Origin: Welwitschia mirabilis
Lineage: Eukaryota
Assembly (NCBI GenBank): GCA_051453625.1
Contig: JBOZIK010000001.1
Span: 10,083,351 to 10,147,350, forward strand
Reading direction: 5' to 3'
Length of the DNA: 64,000 bases
Position numbers and translations under genes: made by a program. The notes below the pieces were generated by a model. That model saw nothing but the letters and a program-made list of their open reading frames with translations. It did no database searches and was not told the origin of the DNA. Shown here in pieces: positions 41,800-51,019 of this stretch (position 1 is its first letter; every line of letters begins with the position of its first letter).

Positions 41800-43424
41800 A
41801 TGTTATGGAGCCTCAAATTAGTTTAGTTATTGCATCTATTACTTCCTGATTTCCAGTGGTGTAATTTTATCATGAAAATTTTATGCTATAATTCTTCACA
41901 TTTTGTAACAATCATAATATTGTCCTTGTTAAAAATTCTTAGTGATTTAATTGTGATTGTTAGTGGTTAAATTACTATAACTACTATGCTTTATCTATTT
42001 AACTAGAAAATAGCTTTTATGTAGTTATTGCATGATGAGCATTATTGTTTATTATTGAGATATAAATGCACCCAGTGACCTGGCAAGGAATGAAATAAGG
42101 ATGGCTATCAAATCTTTACCAACATTTGCCACCTCAACCACCCTCCATTATGATGTTTTATCTTCATATTCTCATAACCCTTCGTATTCCACCAAACCTT
42201 AGTTATAAATAATACCCTCTTCCCCCTTTCCTCTCACTTTCATTTTTGGAGAAGCCTTCGCTATCCAACATTGAAGCTTAGATAAGCCTTCAAGCCTTTG
42301 AGCCTTGGAATCTATGGAAGTTTTTGAGTCTTTGTTTTTTTTTGGGTATGATTTTATTATTTTCATTTCCTTGCTTGAATGGTTCTCATGTTCTTTCATT
42401 CCATTCTTGTGTGATTCTCATTTTCTCTTTTATTCCTTGCATGATCCTTATCTTTTACATCTCAAAGAAGTCCTTATTTTGAATGATCTAAATATTTGTA
42501 AAATTCTTCAAAGGTTATTCTTACGTATTGATGAAGTTTGCATGATCTGTATAGACTACATATGCTCTCATGTTAGTGTTGTCTTATGTAGTTGTATCGC
42601 AACCCTTCCCATCTTGTCTAAGTCTTGTAATAAGTTGTTAACTTGACTTGTTTTTTTTATCGACCTTAACTAATGATTTTTAAATAAGGAAACTCAAACT
42701 AGCCAGGGTAACTAGTTGGTTGGACCTTAGGAAGAGATGCTCTCTAAAGGAAGTCACACGGTCATGGGACTAAACTTTAGGATCATTAGGGAAAATGTAA
42801 CTAATTACCATTTGTCCCTCCTGGATTGTGTGCAACTAGATTACCAAAATCGGTTATGGAGTAATAGTTAAGAAAGATAAATTTAAATGAATCTTTGATC
42901 TTTTCTAGTCTATTCTTGATATCCCTTTTTACTTAAGAATCCTTATCATTCCAAACATTATCATGAACCATATTGAAACTGTGAAGGTTACAGTTCTCAC
43001 ACCCTAATGTTTGTATTTAACAAGTGGTTGAGTGGAGCACACAAAAAGCTGATTTGTCTTACCAAAAAGGGCATTTGAGATGTTGATTATTCTAGCTTGT
43101 GCATGAGAAATTGTAAAAATGAAGTGATTTATTCATCCTTGTAACTTGTAATCTATTATATCTTGTGATTAACTTTTGAGATATGATGTCAATATGGTAC
43201 TTGTGCTATCCTAAAAATAAAGAAGTATTTATTTTCTCTTGTATTTAAACACTGTGTGAGTTATTTATCTTCTTTACCTTCAAAGGTTACTTAAGGATGG
43301 GTTTTTGCATGCATATAGATTCATTTAAGAATTGTTAGCCTAAATAATTAATAATAGCATTTGTGAAAGTTTAAGTTCATAGTTTTATGTTAAAAATCTA
43401 GGATGTTACATTTGGTATCAGAGC
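41800..43424 (+). mobile_element. Ty3/Gypsy LTR plus perfect tRNA-iMet PBS; internal coding region absent; related to the 47914-59043 family (5' boundary uncertain)
   Basis: ...ggatgttaCA (43410) is followed by tt and TGGTATCAGAGC (43413-43424). It shares blocks with the downstream LTRs (cacccagtg, cctgg.ttgtgtgcaact, ttatcatg..cc..att g..act). Confidence 0.75.
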
Positions 43425-44763
43425 CTAGGTTATGGTTAAATCGGATCTAGTGAGTATTGTGTAGTATTATTTAGAAATTTATAAATAAATGAGTTACAAG
43501 CTCAATAAACCATAGGGACAAAAGAGACTAGAGAACAACAAAAATGTGGTTTTCCTTTAAGGAATGAAGTCTGAAACCCCAAGAGTATAGGATGTTGATC
43601 TATATGAAAGATAAAATGACCACAAAACCCAATTATCTAAGGTTCATAGAACATGTCATATTTTTCAACAAAATTACACTTCACTATTGAGAGAAAGTCC
43701 TAAGCAAAGAAGAGAAAAACAGGAAGAATTCTAGCTAATCCTTTTAATTTTCCTTTCATTTATTAAAGATTATTTTAGACCAATATATTATACTTGGACA
43801 TCTTCTACCTTCTTTCTCATACTTTTTCACATGAGGGACTTTTTTACGCATTTACTACTGTAGAGGCTATGCAATTTTTCACTATATCATTGTTTTATAT
43901 TCATGTAGAAAGGTTCCCTTTTTATATTTAAAAAAAATGAAGGTTATTGTAACTATTATCTGTATTAGATTATTAATAAGTGATGATAAGGATAAACAAG
44001 TCAAAGTTAAAAATAAAAATAGATTATTAAAATAGCCAACAGGAAGTGAATCTAGAGTCGTTGTAGAAGGCGTTTCACATGAGTGGTTGAGACACTACCC
44101 ATAAGTGGGCGAGTTCAACAATATCAAAACATACAAAATAAACAAGTAAATGCGTAAAGTGGGAAATGGTTCCAAAAACGATATGGGCATTTACCTGAAT
44201 AATCGATGTCATTTGGAAATAGATAACTAAAGCATGATTTTTCCAAATTTATCAGAGGAATTTCGAATGCTGTTGAGAAAGGAAAGGTTGTCTCTCGTCC
44301 TTCTCTGTAACTTGCTTTTAAAGAGGACAATCATGACACTTTTCCAAGCGTTTTCCTTCGGTTAATTTCTAGAATTCTGAGACAAGCAGCTTATTCCTGC
44401 TTTCTTTCCTTTGCTTTCGGCTATCAATAGTATTGCATGCATCATTTCTAGGGTTTCGTCTTTGCTTTCCTCAGTCCTTTTTGTTGCATTGCTAGAGTAA
44501 CGGCCAATGCGGCAATCATTTCTTTTGATGTTGTAGCATCCATTCGACAATTTCTGATCTATGATCCTTCGCGTGTCTGAGTTACTTGATCACGCTTCCA
44601 TTTGCAAGCAATTTAGTTCAATTTTCTAGACTCGTAGGTGATTTTCTTTATTTACTCGATGGTTCTCAGTTTTGATAAATTTCTGAGAATCTTTGTACAT
44701 AAAAGTGCTTGAAAGTCTAGGTTACTTAGAGTAGATGCCAAATTCATCTCGTATCTTCTGCCA

Positions 44764-44948
44764 GTGGATAGTGATGTTAAGCAGAGCCAATAGGGAAGAC
44801 TCTTACACCTCGAAAGTGCAAGAGCGAAGCACTGATACAAGTGGTGTTATAATGCCCTATTCTGCGACACAAGATCGATTTTTTTTTCCCTCCCTTGTTC
44901 TGAGAACTCTCTGTTGTCCCAACTACTTGCGCTTGAGTTCTTAGTTGC
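44764..44948 (-). pseudogene. Captured ARM-repeat fragment (plant U-box/ARM family)
   Basis: KNRSCVAE*GIITPLVSVLRSCTFEV*ESSLLALLNITIH matches the PUB ARM consensus NRxxIAExGAIPxLVxLLxS.....QExAVTALLNLSI. Confidence 0.75.
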
Positions 44949-45355
44949 CTGCATTTCAAAAGGAAGATCATGAAGCCAATGATGCACATTGCTCAAAGGA
45001 AGTTCTTCCAAATTGCAGTATTAAGGCATAAAATACTGTAGCATATCTTCAGTCCACAGCCATTTTTCCTAACTGTTCCACCCTTGATTGAATATTATCA
45101 CTAAATATAGCTGAGAGGGCAAGCGTGATTGCCTGAAGCATTTTACTAAATGAAGATGACATTGTTGACTGATCTATATGCTCCAGTTTTGCAGGATCAT
45201 CTTTAACAGAAGATTCTCTAGTAAGCACTGTTATTATGTAGCACAGGAATATTATAGAAAGAATATCATGCTGAGCAAAGGCATGGAATGCATCTTCCAC
45301 AGACCAGTCACAACGTAGCCTTGTGATATTTTTTGGCACAACATCCCTTCACTTA

Positions 45356-45770
45356 AATGTTCTTCGTAATCTCTTCTACTTTCTTCTGGTATAACTCCAC
45401 CTGTTTAGACATTCTATAGAAGAGTTCCTCAATGACTTCAATCCCAGACTTTCCATATGCTTGACATTGCTTTCTATTAGCAATACCTACCGATGCTTGC
45501 ACTATTGTACAAGTTTCATTAGCCTGCATAGTCCTAAACTCAAACAAAGAACGCAATTTTTTAGCTTCCTTTCCAAGATAAAATGTTGACTCCCTTCTTC
45601 CATATGGCCTAATGGCATAAAGTTCAACAGCAGGCAAGAATGCTCTTGGCACTACCTCAAAGAGCAAAAATCCCTCTTTGGCTAACTCCAAAAATAACAT
45701 GATCTTGGAATGATTGCATAGGGTCTCTAATTTTCTGGACATTATAAAACACAGATAGCCCTTGGGGAAA
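45356..45770 (-). pseudogene. KCBP: Captured fragment of a divergent kinesin-like calmodulin-binding protein (KCBP/ZWICHEL): FERM C-lobe plus start of coiled coil
   Basis: FPQGLSVFYNVQKIRDPMQSFQDHVIFGVSQRGI, then a +1 T-run frameshift, then LLFEVVPRAFLPAVELYAIRPYGRRESTFYLGKEAKKLRSLFEFRTMQANETCTIVQ...IEVIEELFYRMSKQVELYQKKVEEI. This aligns with recalled KCBP LPYGNSVFFSVRKIDDPIGLLPGRIILGINKRGVHFFRPVPKEYLHSAELRDIMQFGSSNTAVFFKMRVAGVLHIFQFETKQGEEICVALQ...EVYEKRLQDLSKAYEESQKKIEKL. Confidence 0.8.
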
Positions 45771-46427
45771 ATATAGAAAATAGTTTCAATGCAAGTCAAG
45801 AAGTTGGCATGGCAGTGCAGAAGCAATCAAAAAATAATGCAGGAGATGTCACTGCTTTTGCCAAACACTAAACCTAGTAATGGGATCAAACAGGGCACAT
45901 ACATGCATAGCCCTGGAATAGCAGAGGGAATTGCTATCAGCAGAAGCAAACTGCATAATTTACCAAACCCAAATACCAAGCTTTTCGAAATAATATTCCA
46001 CTTGAGAGAACCCATAAAACTAGTCATGGTTGGACTGATAATTTTATGATTACTGCAAGAGCCATAACAAAGATCCTTTGGCCCTTTCTTATCTTGCAAT
46101 CGAATAATTACTTGAACGATCTTGAAATCTGCGATGCAAGGATTATCTACTTGAATCGAGCCTGCTATTTATCTTGCTTGAAGTATTGTCTTCTAATAGT
46201 AATAATAGCAAAGGTATATTATGAAACTAGGTGGTTACATCAACTCAGTACCAATCACTCAGACGTCAGGTCTCTAATGGTTATGACATTACTCCCTCCA
46301 CTAAAGTAGGCAATGAGATCCTGCATTATGTCAACCCCAACTCATTAATGGAGATGATTTTTATGAAGTTGTTTTAATGCGCTTTACTTTGCCCAATACA
46401 ACATTTAGGGACAGGCACTAACTGAAG

Positions 46428-46850
46428 TTGTGCATGGAGGGTAAGAAGGTGAATAGGTTGTTAACTGTGTGTCAACTAATTCAAACCCAAGGGGTGACTA
46501 AAGAAGATGGAAACAATTTACATTCGGTTAAAAATGCATCTCTTACTCGACGAAAAACATTGGATGATACTTACTATATCACATATAAAAGATGTTTAGA
46601 TGATGTCAAGCATCCTAGAGATAAATTATTGCATCATTCTGCAAGGTCTAATTCAATATTTGCTTGTGAATTTAGCAATTGGATCTTTGAAGAACAATCA
46701 CCCTTTTTGGAAAGTGTTCTCAAAGGAGAGTTTGCCCTGCGATCATAACAAGTCCAATGCAAATGGTAATATTTTGTTGGTGCTCTGAATTCTAGAAATC
46801 TTGAACCAATTGGCCCCTTGGTTGTATGCTCAAAAATGACACATACTATA
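46428..46850 (+). pseudogene. Unidentified coding-derived fragment
   Basis: 106-aa open frame with protein-like composition (TLDDTYYITYKRCLDDVKHPRDKLLHHSARSNSIFACEFSNWIFEEQSPFLESVLKGEFALRS) that continues through TAA stops (*QVQCKW*YFVGALNSRNLEP). Family not recognised. Confidence 0.45.
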
Positions 46851-47149
46851 GCAAATCGGATGGTTGGTATACATATGATTCCTCACACAGTGTTTTTGTC
46901 AAACAAACTCACTGTGAAATCACTATAACAAATGCAAGATCCTTTGACATTATATAGTCATGAAATGCCTTCATGATGTTATTAAGTAGTTGAGCATGCC
47001 CAATTTTATTTTCTTTTAAGTCAAGGAAATAGTTCTTCTATTCAGTTTCATGTGGTTTATTGTAAGCAATTCATGCATTCCTGCAGTAATAACATTCTAA
47101 AAATTTAAATGTTTTAACTAATAGAGGAGCCCACATTGGTAACACCTGA

Positions 47150-47751
47150 GAGGTTGAGATAGGTCTTAGTCCAACTTTGGAGTTCTATACACTTCCGAGT
47201 TATAAATTTCAAAAACAGGTACTCGGCTTGTGGAGATCAAATCCTTTGTTTGATAACACTTCTTCAAAAACGAAGGATAAACAATGTTCAAGTTAGAGGA
47301 TACAACCATTGCTGCAAATGAAATGAGTGAACAAGCAAACAAATCTAGAAGCTACGTGCTAGCTCCTCAAGGACTATTTCTTCGACCATTACCACCTAGC
47401 ACTGGATCTTCATTAGGAAGCGCTTTTTTAAGAGTATTATAACTATTTTGACTCCTTGGACATGTTAGCGCAAAAGCTCTCAAGGAGGCATGGTGTCCTA
47501 GTTTTGGAACTTATACCAGCATCTTATAAACTCATACTTGGACATGAACTTGGTTTGTTTGATATCAAGGCTTTTAACCCTAAATTAGAAGCCATCTTGG
47601 AAAATTTGTATCCCCTATTCAACAAAGGCATATCTAGGAAACATCACATAAGTCATCTAATTTGCACATTTGTAATGCAAAGCTTGCTGAACTTTGCCCT
47701 GACTTTACACTTCCTGATTACCCTGATTATATTCTTAAGCCTATAGGGAAA
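47150..47751 (+). pseudogene. UPL3: Captured HECT-domain fragment of a UPL3/UPL4-type E3 ubiquitin ligase
   Basis: EVEIGLSPTLEFYTLPSYKFQKQVLGLWRS...YVLAPQGLFLRPLPP...LF*LLGHVSAKALK...YKLILGHELGLFDIKAFNPKL...AELCPDFTLPDYPDYILKP. Recalled UPL3 reads EVGTGLGPTLEFYTLLSHDLQK..LGMWRS...APLGLFPRPWP...FRLLGRVMAKALQDG...FYKLILGQELDLHD...EDLCLDFTLPGYPEYILRP. Confidence 0.9.
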
Positions 47752-47756
47752 ATCTT

Positions 47757-47913
47757 ATGGTTAATAGCAAACACAACAATCACCCCATTGTTTTCTTCAA
47801 AGTCATTCATCTCTATGACTAACTGGTTCAACATTTGTTCTCTTTCATTGTTTCCCCTCCCAATTTCAGTCCCTTTGTCTTCTAACTAAATCAAGCTCTC
47901 TAATGGAAATAAT
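47757..47913 (-). pseudogene. ftsH: Captured chloroplast type-B FtsH (FtsH2/VAR2-like) AAA fragment, 3' part (Walker B onward)
   Basis: IISIRELDLVRRQR[fs]GTEIGRGNNEREQMLNQLVIEMNDFEENNGVIVVFAINH versus [53 protein letters not shown]. Confidence 0.9.
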
Positions 47914-50900
47914 TGTCACATCTAGAGTTCTGCTAAGGTTAGAAAACCTCCTTAGTTACTTTGATAAATAATTAGATATTAGAAAAACTCGAGTTTCTAG
48001 CTGATAAAAAATAATAGAATCTATAATAAAAGTAATAGTAGAACTAAAGTATTTGCATGATAATATCTTAGAATTTATTAAAAGAATAACTTGGAGTTAT
48101 TATTTTGTTAACTAGATTAAAGTTTCAGTTCATCATGAAGTTTACTGCTGTTTATGCATGATTTTCTATTTGATCTAGTTTAACACCAGATTTCTTGATG
48201 TATTTTAGATTTCTGAAACTACAGCTTGACACTAATTATCTTAACTTTATCTTATTCATGCAATGGAAATTATGTAATTTTAAGTATTAGCTCTTGTTAT
48301 TTGCCTCATGCAGTAAAAATGATTTATTAGATATTGTTATATTATTATTCACACCCAATGGCCAGACTTGGAAAGGAAGGATTAAAGGAACATGAACTAT
48401 ACCTAAACCTTATAATCAGCATTACTGTTAGTTCTCTATTATAGATACTTGAATTCCCCTAGCTATGAGGGTCATATCTTGTAACTTGATCATGTGGAAC
48501 TTGGTTACAAACTAGGCATACATTGGATTTCATTAAGAACAGGTGTCGTCCTTACCCTTCTTTGTAAATACTTTTATGAATTATTCTTGAATCTCCTTCC
48601 TTTGTAGTTGTATCTTGTAAATTCAAATGAATGCAATATTCTTATGATTGTCATGTGTGCGCTAATGTTTTCATAAAAGCTTATAGTCTTTTAATGATAT
48701 CTTGTGAGAGTCCTCTATGAATTTGTAGAGTCAACATTTCATGTGAACCCTAAGCTGTCTGCTTGTTAAATGTTTGTATTGAGTCCTATTGACTAGCCTT
48801 TGTAACCCATACCCATGATCATCTTGTTTGACCATTAACCTTGATGTTAAACAATGGAAACTAACTCCGACCAATGTAACTATTTGTTTGAACCTCAGAG
48901 ACTGATACTCTCTGTTGTGAGTCCTAAGTAACTAGACCGAACCTCCAGAATGAAACGAAAAGATGAATATACAATTATGATAATATTACTCATTCCTGGT
49001 TGTGTGCAACTGGCTTACTTATATATAATGAGACGACACTAAAGAAGATAATTCTAAGGGATAAGCGGTCATGGTTATGTCCTCTACCCTGTTCTTGGGA
49101 ACCTTCCCATACTATTCCTTATCATGGGCCGCATTGGGAACTATAATAGAATTCAGTTTCCATACCACCTATGCTTGTGTAGGAACCAATGCAAGTAAGG
49201 ATGCATGAAAGAGCTAGTGGTTGCAGAGACAACTGGGTATCATTCATATGTTTGCTTCTGTGATTATGTGGATGTTATGTGATCAATTATTGCTTTAGTT
49301 GTTTTGTCATGTTTTAGAAATTATTTCTAGTGAAAGACTCTATGTAAAGATCTCTGTTAGCAAGTTGCTTGATATAATGTAGACCTTTGTCTTACCTTAG
49401 TTATTTTAATAATTTAGCACAAGTGAACGTTCTATTATTTTCTTGGAAATTGCAAAATATTATCTTCCTCTCTCTCTCTTGCAACAGCCATTTTTTTTGA
49501 AATTATATATATGTACTTATTAAAGTTATCATGTACCTTTATTTGGACATAACTAGTTATTTTAAAATGCTGGCAGATTATAAGCATACCTTAACTATTG
49601 TCATTTATATGTTATTGTCAAAATGATCTATAGGATAAATAGTTAAGTTAACTAGTTGATAAGTAACAGGTCTAAGGGTTGGATCCTCTTAGTCATTAAT
49701 TCTTAAATCATTTTTTTTTCACATATGAATTGATGATATACATGTGTCAGTCAATGAATTTTTTGTTTGGCACCTTCGTCTATTAAGGATTTGGCACACC
49801 CCTTTCCTGTGCCTCAATAGTCAGCGTGTCGCTCCTCTCTCATGCATTGCAAGGTGCCTTCTCCCCTCCACTGATGAGCTTTTCTCTACCACCTGCATTC
49901 CCCACAGTGCCTGTCTCCTTATTACTCATGTGTTGCCTTGTCTGTGTCTTTGCTATGCCTAATGCTTGTGAGCCATACCCTTGTCCATTTTCTGTCTGCT
50001 TATGTTCTTCATCACCATCCCTCTTACGTGTTTTCACACCCTTCCTTCTTCTACTGTGGTGCAACCGTCTCTGTGCCAATCTCCACCTTATGCCTTCGCT
50101 CTGCTACCCTCACTCTTGCCCTGTTCTGACCCAGTGTCTTCCACCATTGTCGTGACCTTGCACTCCTCTCCCTCTGCTTCACAGTGCTTCTCCTCACTGT
50201 AGGCCTCTCCCTCCATTGGTACACCCCTTTTGCACCACTCATGTACTATCTCTCATGCAATCCATCACTACCACCCTACACCTTCCGCACTCCGTCCTTC
50301 ATCCACTCAGGCCTATCCATCTCTACTTCACAGACCATTCAGTAAGTCATTGAATAATGGTTGTCCACTATATATATATATAAACATTTGTAACTAGAAA
50401 TATTTTCATCTTTAAGATCACTTTCTCTATAAGTATAGAAAAGTATATGTTCATAGATGATTTATTAGGGTTAAAGGTTGTAGAAAAATCATAATGGTAG
50501 TGTTAAAAGATAACTTGTTCGAAATAAGAATTATGGGTTGGTATGGATCAATCTATATAGCAATATGTATAAGTGGATAAGTAGATGTCGAATATGCTAA
50601 GAGATAAAGGACGATCTTCAAATTTAGTACTACATATGCATTAATAGTTTCTATGTAACCTTAGAAAGATGTAAGAATGGATTTCATTCTTAGATTACGT
50701 TGCTTAAAAAGAAGTAATATCCCACACTAGTTATGATAAATAGACTGGCAAGATAGCATACTTTATTTCTTTTAGTAAGACTAGAGATTCTTATGTGGTA
50801 AATCATTTGTCTAAATTTATTCTTCCATCATGGTTTATATTACATTGACTACCTAATTCCATTACATTTTATCTAATAACCTCTTGTTGACTTATTAAAC

Positions 50901-50921
50901 ATTTAAATCCCAACCGTTATA
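47914..50921 (+). repeat. 5' LTR
   Basis: Runs from tgtcacatctagagttctgc to caaccgttata; colinear with 55940-59043. Confidence 0.92.
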
Positions 50922-50924
50922 ATT

Positions 50925-50936
50925 TGGTATTGGAGC
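50925..50936 (+). promoter_or_regulatory. PBS (tRNA-iMet type, decayed)
   Basis: tggtattggagc, 3 nt after the LTR end; consensus TGGTATCAGAGC. Confidence 0.8.
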
Positions 50937-51019
50937 ACTTAATTGAGAAGTGGATTTATATATGAATTTTATCCTTATATTTATCTTGTTTAGCCTTCTA
51001 ATTCTGGTAGGATTAATTG

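Noticed and set aside
44050-44120. Helitron 3' end (CTAG plus hairpin) or tRNA-like fold
   Set aside because: CTAG is not followed by T, the imperfect hairpin is at the wrong distance, and there is no cloverleaf.
44040-47900. A single gene or endogenous viral element
   Set aside because: Fragments belong to different cellular families on both strands, and no viral motif was found.
47757-47913. FtsH piece as organellar or bacterial transfer
   Set aside because: The RQRGTxIG motif fits nuclear-encoded plant FtsH2/6/8, and the neighbouring fragments are nuclear plant genes; a phylogeny would confirm.
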